DNA of 64,000 nucleotides, from NCBI GenBank assembly GCA_009859145.1, contig VRVR01000045.1, positions 31,033 through 95,032 of the forward strand, written 5' to 3'. Of this stretch, positions 1 to 10,800 are shown one piece after another. The position numbers and the translations under genes are program-made. Below the pieces are notes generated by a model that was not told the origin of the DNA, searched no databases, and was given only the letters and a program-made list of their open reading frames with translations. The stretch comes from Andalucia godoyi And28. Lineage: Eukaryota; Protista; Jakobida. How positions within the stretch are numbered: the stretch's first letter is position 1; each line of letters begins with the position of its first letter.

Positions 1-1206
1 TAGTGAGTCAACTGCTGTTGAATAGTTCCCGGCAGGACAAGGAATGCACCCCACCGATGTTTGTGATTCTCGATAGCTGCCAGGAGAACAGGAGAAGAGG
101 GCAATCACACTAAACATTGTGCCGTCCACTCTGCTAACAGAGTTCAGACCAAGAACACTGACGGGCGACAGACGATTTGTCGTCGTACCATCCCCGATCT
201 GTCCCTGGGTGTTTTTCCCCCAGCATTTCACACTTCTATCAACCAGCACTGCGCAGTTGTGAGAGTATCCCGCACTTATTCCAATAGCGGGTTCCAATCC
301 AGAAACATTCGTTGGAGTCAACGTGTTTGCCGTCGAATTATCTCCAAGTTGTCCGACAGTATTATAGCCCCAGCATTTCACACTTGCATCCGAGAGCAAT
401 ACACAGGTGTGAGCACTTCCCGTAGCCACTTGAACGACAGACGAAAGTCCTGGAACAGATATCGGAGTCTGTCGATTTGACGTCGTACCATCTCCGAGCT
501 GCCCGTATGCATTGTTACCCCAGGCTTTCAGAGTTCCATCAGACAACAAGACAAACGCTTGAAATCCTCCGGTGGTCAACGCAATGGCGCCTGACACTCC
601 AGAAACATCCACAGGTGACTGTGCGTCTACGCCTGAACCATCTCCGAGTTGTCCGTCGGCATTCGATCCCCAGCACTTCACACTTCCACCAGTCAGTAAT
701 GCGCAAGTGAAGGCTTCTCCAGTGCTGATAGAAATGGCGGTTGTTATTCCAGGAACACTCACAGGTGTCGATTTGGATGAGGATGTACCATCTCCGAGTT
801 GCCCAGCACTGTTCAAGCCCCAGCACTTCACAAGTCCGCCAGAGAGCAGTGCGCAAGTGTACGATACACCAGCGCTGACAGCAATGGCGGTTGTTATTCC
901 TGAAACATTCAGAGGTAACAGTGAGTTGGTCGCTGAACCATCTCCAAGTTGCCCAGCATTGTTGTAGCCCCAGCATTTCATTGTTCCATCAGACAGCACA
1001 GCACACGCATGATTGTCTCCCACGCTCGCCGATACAATGGATGATAGTCCTAGAGCAGTAACCGGAGACGGTTGATTATTCTGCGTACCGTCTCCAAGCT
1101 GTCCGTACTGATTATCACCCCAACCGGCAACCAGAAATTCTGCATTCGATTGCAGGCAAAGAAAGCCCAGAATTACACTGAAAAACAGAAACTTGGCCTT
1201 CGTCAT
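1..1206 (-). CDS. Secreted RCC1-repeat (7-blade beta-propeller) protein followed by a Cys-rich GCC2/GCC3 (ephrin-receptor-like) repeat; 3' end runs off the window
   Basis: Manual translation from ATG at 1206 (absent from the ORF track because there is no stop in the window): hydrophobic leader MTKAKFLFFSVILGFLCLQSNA, seven ~50-aa repeats with xWGxNxxGQ(L/I)GD (GWGDNQYGQLGDG, CWGYNNAGQLGDG, CWGLNSAGQLGDG, CWGSNADGQLGDG, AWGNNAYGQLGDG, CWGYNTVGQLGDN, CWGKNTQGQIGDG), then CSPGSY...CIPCPAGNYS. Frame is open to base 1. Confidence 0.9.
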   Translation of the reverse strand, partial: MTKAKFLFFSVILGFLCLQSNAEFLVAGWGDNQYGQLGDGTQNNQPSPVTALGLSSIVSASVGDNHACAVLSDGTMKCWGYNNAGQLGDGSATNSLLPLNVSGITTAIAVSAGVSYTCALLSGGLVKCWGLNSAGQLGDGTSSSKSTPVSVPGITTAISISTGEAFTCALLTGGSVKCWGSNADGQLGDGSGVDAQSPVDVSGVSGAIALTTGGFQAFVLLSDGTLKAWGNNAYGQLGDGTTSNRQTPISVPGLSSVVQVATGSAHTCVLLSDASVKCWGYNTVGQLGDNSTANTLTPTNVSGLEPAIGISAGYSHNCAVLVDRSVKCWGKNTQGQIGDGTTTNRLSPVSVLGLNSVSRVDGTMFSVIALFSCSPGSYRESQTSVGCIPCPAGNYSTAVDSL

Positions 1207-1504
1207 CGTGAAAGCGCCGTCGCCTGCGCGATGACCAGCAAATTTCTCAAATTCTTTCTTAGAAGAACGCCAATTTGGCTTGCTGAGGCCGAGTCGCATC
1301 TCGCAAGTTGCAACCCGAGGAAGCGTGATTTTTTCTCAATTGCTAAGGGTATTCGCCATCCAGGAAGTTTGTTACAAAGGGGACAAAAAAAATCGTTCGA
1401 TCGAATGTGGACGCCGAAGAACACAAACCGTCCGAGCAGATGCTTTCTGGGACACGGTTGCTCAGCGATCCTTGCGAGCACCGCAAGGCATCCAAGCCAT
1501 CAGC

Positions 1505-4362
1505 TAGGGGTGTGCAATTTGTTAACTACGGTTAACCTCGTCAATTTTCGGTGAAGTTAACTTCTCCAATCAATTCTCTGTCGTCTGCACAAGCCGATTC
1601 GAAAAGCTGTGTACTAGCAATGACAGTCAATGAACATCAGTAAAACCTGCTCCCGTGACAGCTCTAAAGAGGAGCCTCAGGAAGCTGAATTCAGATTGTC
1701 GATTCTGTTGCTCTGCTCAGAAAAAGAAATGCATCTTTTCTTCTCGTTTGGCTGATCTGTTGTTTCACAATCAGAAGCAATTTCTGCATATTAATGGCCG
1801 GAATAGCGGAGAAAGAAATTCCTGAACCCTCAGGAAACCCAGAATTGTCGAGAACAGAAAAAAGAGAAAGAATTTTGAAATCGCCGATTCGAGAACTGTC
1901 AAAAGAATGGGACGCTGCTTTCACTCTCGAGAGCTTGAATGAGGCCCGAATAGCCATTATTCTGCGATACCGACTTCCATTCGACACACAATTTGGTGTT
2001 CCGCCGAGGAAGACTTCGAAGTCATTCCTGGCAATGCATTCAATAATCTTCCCAGAGTGCCTGGCTGATTCCAATCAGGATGTCCTGTTTTGCATGAAAT
2101 GTCACGCAAAAGTTTGCAACAGCAAAGGCAATACAAACAAAGCTGATGCGCACTGGAAAGAGCACAGACAGTGGTATGGGTCACAGATTCCTGCAAATGC
2201 GACGCCTTCAGGTTCGTGCGAAAGCGAATCAGCTTCTGCCCCTTGAAAAAGAACTGCAACCGATCTGAATCCCTTTGATTATGTTGCAATGGCAAAGAAA
2301 AAACGAGAGATTCAGGATGATCGACAGAGAAGAGGACAATCGATCTTCGAGGAAGATGTAGTGGTCTTTATGATTCTGGATATGCAGCCATGGAGTCGAG
2401 TGAATTCCGCTGGATTTCGCTACCTCAATGCGCGATATATGCCGTACATCTTGAGAGACCGTACCACCTTCTCAAGATCGCGTGTTTCACAAGTCATCGA
2501 CAAAGTTCGTAACATGCTCATTAATCGTGTTTTCGTGCATGTTCCATACTTTTCAATTTGTGCAGATGGGCTGGACGTCTTCGCGGATGGATCATTATTT
2601 GGGGATTACTTGCCATTTCTTAGACGCGCAGTTTCGTCTAAATTCTTCAATACTCAGATTTGCGTTTTGTTCATCAGGCAAAGCGGACGTAATTGCTCCT
2701 TTAATTCTCAAAAGTATGCAAGCTTTTGGCATCGAATCCAAGGTTTCGTGTCTGACAACTGACAATGCGTTTGCCATGTCCAACGCTGCAGGACTAGCAA
2801 GTCTTCCGCATCTGCCATGTTTCGTTCATACCCTCCAGTTAGCAGTGAATGAGGCGTTATCTTTCTCGCCAGTTGTCGTGCAATTGGTCGCCTCTGTCAA
2901 ACGCATTGTGCGCTATTTCAAATCATCATATGTTGGGAAAGGTCGACTGACAGAAACGTTTCAGTCAGCTGGTCTGAAGATCGACTCCCTTGTGCAGTGT
3001 GTGGATACTTGGTGGAACTCTGTGTATGATATGTTGGAGCGTTATTTGGAAGTGCAGGTATCCGTCGAAATGGTTTTGAGAGCGCTTGACAAATCCAATC
3101 TTGTCCTTCCTGAGGGAGCAAACGTTTTGGCGAAGCTGTTAGTGAAGGAGCTCTCGGAGTGTAAGGATATCACGCTATACTTTTCAACTGCAACATCCAT
3201 ATCAGCTAGTAGAGTTATTCCAAGAATTATCAAATTATTGGATGCTTTGAATGTCGCGGAGCCTTCACTGCGAAACAACAGCGCACTGGACTCACTACCT
3301 GAGGAAGAAGGCGTTCTGACAGGAGACGCTGAAATGCTGCAAACACCAGATGATGAACTAGAGGAAAGTGCGGAAGTGTTGGTCATTTCGACGCATCAAG
3401 CCACCGAATGTATGCTGAGGTTTGCTTCGAGTCTGCGGTCTGCCATTGCACGACGGCTGTCTCCTTTATTAGGTAATACCACATTGCTGAAAGCGACTTT
3501 CCTAGATCCGGAAACACACATGGCACTGTTCCATTACTGTGCTCGCAGCGTCGGACCGTATGGTCTCCCTGAAGCGTCCCCCGACTCTCTCTACGTCTCT
3601 ACAGTGTGCTGGCTTCAACAAGAACTGCTGGGCATTAGGCTCGCAGAGATGTTCAAGGATGACGACACCGCAAATTGCTCAATGGCAGTCCATCTTTCAA
3701 AATTGGCGCACTCTGAACAAACAAGACAGTTCCAGGCGTGTGGTCTGACTCTGCGACGATTCTGTGAAGACATGAACCCCATGCTACGAGATCCTGCGGA
3801 AATTCTCGAAAATCACTTAACTGCTGCCATTTATTTTCAGCGGCAGACAGGACATCCTAGTTCTTCGATTACTGTTTCGAAAGAACTGTCCTTGCTTGCA
3901 AGAAAGTACTTATGCTGCATGGCATCTTCCGTCAGCGTGGAACGAGAATTTTCCCTGTCAGGACTTGTTCTGAACGATCTTCGAACTTCTCTTGGTGCAG
4001 ACCTAGCAGAAGCACAGATTTTTGGGAAGGACAATATCGAAATCGTAGAATTTGAACATCCGCGTACGAAAGAGGCTTGTGTGAATTGGGATCTGAGAGT
4101 CCGCTGGAATGAACCGGTTTTCAACGACATCCAAGATGCGTATGTGAAAGTGGATTTTGAGGTATTCGGAACCCCAAGAAGATTAAATTCGATATTCGCG
4201 ATGCAGCGCTGTCGTGTCACATCATAATCGGTAATGCGGTAAAGTAACTCAAATGCTATTGCCAATACGGAAAATCCTAACAGAAGTTAACTACCATAAC
4301 TAATTTTTCGGCAAAAGTTAACTTTGGCAACCAATCGGGAGATTGGAAATTGCACACCCCTG
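1505..4362 (+). mobile_element. hAT-superfamily DNA transposon (~2.86 kb) with 16-bp terminal inverted repeats
   Basis: Left TAGGGGTGTGCAATTT (1505-1520); right AAATTGCACACCCCTG (4347-4362, reverse complement CAGGGGTGTGCAATTT), 15/16 match with TAG/CAG ends typical of hAT. Encloses a hAT transposase. No 8-bp TSD visible. Confidence 0.88.
1794..4227 (+). pseudogene. Disrupted hAT transposase (BED finger, DDE core, C-terminal dimerisation domain)
   Basis: ORFs 1794-2246 and 2289-2762 share a frame, separated by TGA 2244-2246. BED-like CMKC...HWKEH; ICADG|WTS split by a +1 frameshift at ~2568-2571; TTDNA, CFVH (CxxH), DTWWNS (usually TRWNS), SVSVEREFS and LARKYL in ORF 2482-4227. Confidence 0.88.
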
Positions 4363-4629
4363 GCGCAAGTATGTGCAGCACGGCTCCGAGCGCATTCCCG
4401 TGCACTGCCGACGGAGCTGGCCGGAGCCTGCATCTTTGATGCCTCGCGGTTGGCAGATTTTCCTCGCACAATCCGCACCTCCCAACTCCGTCTCCGCAAA
4501 AGAGTTCACAGTCATCTGGCCCCATTTATTGTTTTTCTTCTTCTTCTTCTTTTCCTGTTTTAACTCACGTCAGTGATTCAATTTCTTCTGCAATTCTTCT
4601 CAAATATTCAAAATTGAAAGGGAAAAAAA

Positions 4630-5295
4630 ATGTCTTGTTCAGTATGGATGGTTACGCTAGTCGCATTCTTTGCGCTGCTTGCGCGGTCGAGTGCATCCGT
4701 GGGCATCGACATGTCGTCCGAGATCTGCTCGACCATGTCTCTTGGCACCTGGCAGTGCCTGCAGTCCCAGGGCTACTCGTTTGCGATCATCGAGGGCTTC
4801 CAGGGCGGCGGAGGAGTGAACCAGAACCTTGCCCAGTGCGTGTCCGACGCCCGGTCTGCTGGGTTTGCCTATGTCGACACGTATATTTGGAGTGCCCCGT
4901 ACTGCGGCACCGGCTCCGGCTCTGGCGACGCAAACGCGCTGATGGACTACATTAACGCAAACGGCGTCGATGTGGGGACCGTGTGGGTCGACGTTGAGTC
5001 TGTCGACGGCTGCATGGGCGACACGGGCACCAACGTTGACTTCTACAAGGACATGACGCAGACGTTCTTGAATGTCGGGTGGGTGACCGGGGTGTACTCG
5101 TCGCCGGGCGAGTGGGGCATGACCATGGGCGACGCGGACATTGCATCCAACTTGCCGCTGTGGGGAGCCACCTATTCGTACGAGTGCAACTTTGGCGATG
5201 TCGAGCTATTTGGCGGCTGGGGCTCGATTGCAATGATGCAGTACTCGGACGAAGGTAACTCGTGCGGCATCGATTACGACCTGTCTTGCTATTAA
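4630..5295 (+). CDS. Secreted GH25 (Lys1-like, protist/nematode-type) lysozyme
   Basis: Signal peptide, GIDMS start of the mature domain, WQCLQSQGYSFAII, DxE motif (VWVDVES), GVYSS, LPLWGATY, FGGW...MMQYSD, C-terminal DYDLSCY. Confidence 0.88.
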   Translation: MSCSVWMVTLVAFFALLARSSASVGIDMSSEICSTMSLGTWQCLQSQGYSFAIIEGFQGGGGVNQNLAQCVSDARSAGFAYVDTYIWSAPYCGTGSGSGDANALMDYINANGVDVGTVWVDVESVDGCMGDTGTNVDFYKDMTQTFLNVGWVTGVYSSPGEWGMTMGDADIASNLPLWGATYSYECNFGDVELFGGWGSIAMMQYSDEGNSCGIDYDLSCY

Positions 5296-5648
5296 GGAGC
5301 TGGATGGATGCCCTCATATGTACGGTGTCGGCCCTCCAAATCCGTTGTTCGTTGTTCGTTTGAATTTTGGACAGAATAAAGTAAAAAACTGTCGCGATTT
5401 CTTTCCGTTGTGGACAGGACTGTCTGCAAAATACCTTTTTTCCAAAGAGTCGTTATAGATAAAAGAATAATTTAGAGCGCACAGGCTAGGAAGAGTTACG
5501 TTGCCGAGATCCCCATGCACAATCATTACGATGATGTCCTGGTTTTTTGTCTTTGAAGAAATGAATGCAGATCTTTGTGCATTCACACTGAAACGAAATT
5601 TTCACTGAACACATCAACGAGTCAAGAATTCATAGCCTCAGCGCTTCG

Positions 5649-6136
5649 TCAGGCACTCCCACAGCATCCGAAGTCATCGCATGTAGACCAGCACTGCAGG
5701 ATACCGCCTCCTCAGCGCCACACGTCAACGGCACACTGTAAGTTTGAGCCGACATCACAAGGAGGACTGCCTGCAGAACATGCGTTCAAGTTGAACGAGT
5801 TAACCTGCCACAGGCCCACATCCGTCGAGCCCTCGGCGTCGGCATCGGCATCACAGGCGTGATAATCACCACCAGATCCATGCTGCAGAATGCACTGACA
5901 ACAAGACTGCGACCATCCGGAGCTGATCCCACGAAAACCAATCATTGTGAGTACTCAACACATGACGGGCTGCTCGAAAACGAAGGAGGGGACAAAACAC
6001 TGAAATATACGTGCAACTGGGCACATGCTGAGGCAATGTCCGTGTGCGCAGCTCCTGCACAGGTGGAGCAGGGGGTGGCGTGCACAACAGGAGGAACCGC
6101 TGCACAGAAGATCACTGTTGCAAGAAGGACACGTAT
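5649..6136 (-). pseudogene. Decayed c-type/GH22-GH23-fold lysozyme-like gene, probably with one intron
   Basis: Signal-peptide-like (ATA)RVLLATVIFCAAVPPVVHA with ATA where ATG is expected (6134-6136); Cys-rich CSTC..C; candidate intron ~5923-6010/6017 (GT..CAG); exon 2 SGWSQSCCQCILQHGSGG...GSTDVGLWQVNS...CAVDVWR*GGGILQCWSTCDDFGCC with in-frame TGA at 5712-5714 and Gly at the expected catalytic Glu (HESGG). Confidence 0.72.
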
Positions 6137-7870
6137 GAGTGGACTGGGATATTATGACGCAGATAAAGAATGGTGAACAGGACTTTTCAAAAAAGCTGCT
6201 GGCAGCGGAGAAGCAGGTTGGCGATGATGTTTGTTGGTTAGATGCTTACGGCGGCATATCCAAGCACAAACTTTCAGCAGTTCATTGTCTCAGTGTAGAT
6301 GCATGGTCGTCAAGTAACCAACTTTATCCTTATGACTGCAGCCGGAAACAGCCGCGAATTACCAGTATTGCAACACAGAAGAAACCAGTTACAACACTGG
6401 AATCCGCCGCCCCCCCTCACCGGCATCCGCAAGTCCATGCTCGGATTCACAGGATACCACTTTAAGTCTTCCTTCCAAAAGACCGGTTGTCTTTCAATAA
6501 AAAGCACACACGGCGTTTGTGATACATCCAATCGCAGAATTCAGACAGCAGGCAGAAGTGATTCCTCAAAAAGCCGTCTACGCCGCTCGTTGAACGCTGA
6601 AGGTGCGCTCCTCCTGCAGTTCAAAACAGGATCTGCACACATTTAGGGAACAACAGAAATCTCGCATCACCACTCAAAATCGGAAATCATTTGCGGAAAC
6701 GCTCCTTCAGGGCAATGCTATAAATCAGCAATTACTGAACGACGCACTGAGCAAATGACGGACTCCGTTTGTCCGTTTATGCCGCGCTTTGGAAAGGTGC
6801 TCGTAGGCTTTGGTTGGACAGGATCGGCATCCGTAAAACCATGGGCAGCGAGGAGTTCTGATGGCAGACTCCATAACGGAGCTACCCTGCAGGATTTCTG
6901 TCGACAAGAGCACGGGTGCGGAGGGCTTAGTGGCTGACACGAAAGACGCCACGACCGCAGGATGCTTGTGAATCGCGTGGGGGACGCGGTTGCGAGACGC
7001 AAAGATCATGCGATTCAACCGATAACAAGAGTGTTGGACAGCACGAAGTATTTCCTGCTCTCATACCCTGCGAATGTAGATAGTGAACAACAAAAGGGCT
7101 TGACATCAGTCCTGTTGCTACCTCAATAAAAGTGCAAAAGTATTTAAGACGTCCATGAATGATCTCTTGCTCCCAGATCATCGGATTTCGCCAGATGCCT
7201 CGCTATATAACGAGTGGAAGCAACACAAGAATGAAGAATCATTTGATCTGCACCGCTGCAGAAGGATCTCCGATATCCACCCTTTGCTCAGAACTGTAAA
7301 CAGAACATATTGAATTCGCAAGTCCGTACTTCCTGTTGCTGTCGCTTGACTTTCACACGTTGTGTGCCTGGGACGGCGAAGCCCCTCCTCTCGTGTGTTT
7401 CAGAGGCACTCTACTGGAACTCGTGAGAATCGACGCATGGACATGGAAACCGGGTGTCCGTTGCAAGACATCGCGCGGGGTGTGATCCATGCGGTCTTCA
7501 CGTTTCAGTTTCAAAAATGGGAAATGAGAATGCCACGTGTCACGCGCCTGTGAAGAAACGATCCTGCATAAGGTTCAAGTGTTGACTAAGGCTGAACTTG
7601 CCCTTTCACTGCTCTTCCTTTCCCTCACTGACGTTCTCCGTTCTCGGTTCGCACTTCTCAGCCTTTCTCTCCCGTTTTCGTATTTTTGCCACTTCCTTGC
7701 TTCATTTTTTCCCCTTGCAATTCATTCTTTCTGTAGAGAGTGAGAGAGTTCGGCAGACGACCGCTTGGAACCTCTCAAGTGGTTCTTCCTCTTTTTTTTC
7801 CTTCTTCTTCTTCTGTTTTTCGTTTCTTTTGGATGTTGGCATTGATGGTATTTCATAGGGTTGTTTGAAA

Positions 7871-10800
7871 ATGAGCCAGCCTCCCTCGCAACAGCATCCA
7901 GGCGTTCCTCCAGGGTTTATAGCATCGTCTCCAATGACTTCATTTGCCCCGGCACCTGGTTCAATGTACCAGCCTCCTCCTCAACCGGCTCGTATGCAAT
8001 CGCACCAGCCTTCACATCCACCAGGGTCTGGATCAGCACCACCACCTGCTGATGCTGGTCCCATGAGGCCTCCCGGAGGATTCACGTCTTCGTCCGCTGT
8101 GTACTCTCGTCTCCCTCCTTCTTCTTCGCTCCCTGCCCCTCCCGGCTTCGTCTCTCCTGACTTTACCCCTCTGCACGCAGGTGCACCGACACACCCGCCT
8201 CCTCCGTCTGGATTTGCGGGTACTCCGGCCCCGTCTCCGTTTGGCATTGCGCAAGCATCGACTCCGCAGCCGCCAGGGCAGCCACAAGGTCAATCCCAGG
8301 GCCGGATGCTTGAACAGTCGTTCCAGAGTGTTCTGCCTCACCAACCGGCTCCTTGTCCTCCAAGGATGGAATATGGACAGCAATTGCCGCCGATGATGCA
8401 TCATCAACCGTCTCTTGTTGGAGCCCCTCATGGACCCGGCATGAAAATGACGTCGACGTCCGCTTCTGCACCGCCTGCAGTGCGCCAAGTGAGTGTGAGC
8501 CAGCCACTGGCCCGACAAATGGCTCATCAGCAACCGAATATGACGACAAGTGCGCCTGTGCAACTTGCGGATTCCATGCTTCCTCGCCGAACACGGCCTG
8601 TACCTGGTTTTGCTCCTCGATCTGCGATTGAGTTGTCTGTCGGTGTTTTTCCCGCGTCTCCTTCGCTGGTGTCAAAATTCACTCTTCCCGTCGGCGCGGT
8701 TGTTACACCGCTTCATATTCTCCCCTCAGAAGACGGAACAGTTGGAAGGGATACGACTCCTGTCGTGCACTGTGGTTCATGTGGAGTGGTGCGATGCAGA
8801 CGATGCAAGGCGTATGTCAATCCGTTTGTGTCATTCACAGACTCCGGACGTCGCTGGATCTGTAATCTGTGTCGATTTGGAAATAATGTTCCTCCGGAGT
8901 ACTTCTCGCCACTGGATTCGCAGGGTGTTCGGGTGGACGTTGCGCAGAGACCCGAACTCTCGGTGACCTCTGTCGAGTTTCTGGCACCTGCAGAAAACAT
9001 GGTGCGTCCGCCACAGCCGCCGTGTTTTGTATTTGTAATCGATGTTTCTGCGGGTGTTGCTCAAGAAAGCTTGCCGACATTGACTGACGCACTCGCATCA
9101 TGTGTTGAAGAACTTCCAGGAGACAAACGCACCTTGGTGTCCATAGTTTGCTTTGATTCTGCAGTCCATCTGTTTACTGTAGATGGTGAACGGGGTTCGT
9201 TCCGCATCTCGACGATTGCGGATCCGCAGCCTGCAGGTGCCGCACCGACTCTTCCCAAAGAGAACTCGGACGGAAGCGCTGCAGCGTCACCGTTTATGGA
9301 GGATGGTCCTCTCTGCCTGCCCGCTCCCGTGTCCTCGTTGCTGATTCCAGCGAAAGACGCACTGCCCACATTGAAGAAGCTTATTTTGTCTCTTCCTCGC
9401 TTGTTCCCATCTCAATCCGTATCTGCGCAGTGCTGCACTGGGACGGCACTGCATTATGCCCTTCGTATCATGGGGGGCATTGGTGGAAAGCTTGTGCTCT
9501 TCCAAGGCTCGCTTCCGACGTTGGGCCGGGGATCGCTGCTTCCAGAGCGTGAGGACTTTAAGCTCTACGGGACGGACAAGGAAAAGAATCTGTTGGAGCC
9601 TGCAGAGAAGTACTATAAGGACCTTGCACTTGAGTGCTCCCGCCTCCAGGTTGGCGTCGATGTTGTGTTGCTCGCACCGAACACGGATCGATATACAGAT
9701 GTCGCGTCGCTTGCCGTTCTTGCTCGAGTTACTGGCGGGGCGTTGATCCGAGCCCCTCCTCAGACCGCTGGTCGACGAGAAAACTCTGAGAATCCCTGGA
9801 TCCGTGATGGACGTTTGCGGACTCTCTTGTGTCCCGCTGCGTTGGCACTGGAGGCTTTGATGCGAGTGCGCTCTTCACTGGGGCTCCGCTGCACGGACTT
9901 TTTCGGGAACTTTTATCTCCGATCAACGGACTTGCTGGCTCTCCCGAATGTGTCTGCAAACCAGTCCTTTGGAGTTATTATTCAACACGCTCCGTCTGCG
10001 TCCGGCGGTCCGCAGGTTGTTCCGACACCAGTCGCATATTTGCAGGCTGCTTTGTTGTACACGAGTACGAACGGCGAGCGCCGTATTCGTGTTCACAATA
10101 TCCAGCTTCCTGTGTCGAATGCACTGTCTGAAGTTGTTGATTCTGTGAATTCCCGTGTTCTTGCGGACCTCGTTGCAAGGCAAGCCGCGACGGCGGTACT
10201 TGCAGGCACGCAAAAGCTGCAACAAGTTCGCCTTGGCATCCAGGATACTTGCGTTTTCTCTCTGAGGTCCATCCGTGGAATGTTCCGGACCTCGTATCCT
10301 GGACAGGAGGTTGGCTCTCTCGTCTCCAGTGGTATTCTCCCTCGCAATATGGTGATGTATCCGCTGTATGCATTGGCATTGTTGAAGCATTCCGCTTTCC
10401 GTGCCGATACGGATGTCCGTGCGGATGAGCGCATCGAAGCACTGCAGTCTTTGCTGTTCTACTCGTCGGATGCCAGCCTGTCTCCTGTTATGATCAACCT
10501 GTCTCGTTTCTTCTCCTCCACGGAGCTTACGGGATTGGAGTGCACGGTTCCGCTGTCTCGCGCGTACTTGAACACTGAAGCTGCGTATCTCTTGGTGTAT
10601 GGCCCAATGCCCGCTGATGCGCTTGTGTGGTTTGGAGCCCAGAGCACAGTCGATGCGGTATCTGTAGGAAGAGATTCGAGATTCCAGCGACTGCTGTCTC
10701 TTTTTGGAATTAAGAGCGTTCCTGCCGAGAACTGGGTTTCGGAGGGTGGTCGACCTATCCCGTTATCGGCAAATATGTCGACGGCTTCAGTCTCGCAGTT

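Noticed and set aside
200-1000. ~150-bp periodic repeats (CCCCAGCATTTCAC...) resembling a repeat array, and + strand ORF 572-967
   Set aside because: They are the antisense image of RCC1 protein repeats on the minus strand; the period equals 50 codons and there is no repeat-spacer structure.
2244-5714. In-frame TGA codons at expected Arg/Trp positions suggesting a reassigned genetic code
   Set aside because: TGA ends well-conserved genes at their expected C-termini (Sec24, USP40-like, Bfr1-like), and both affected genes carry other independent lesions.
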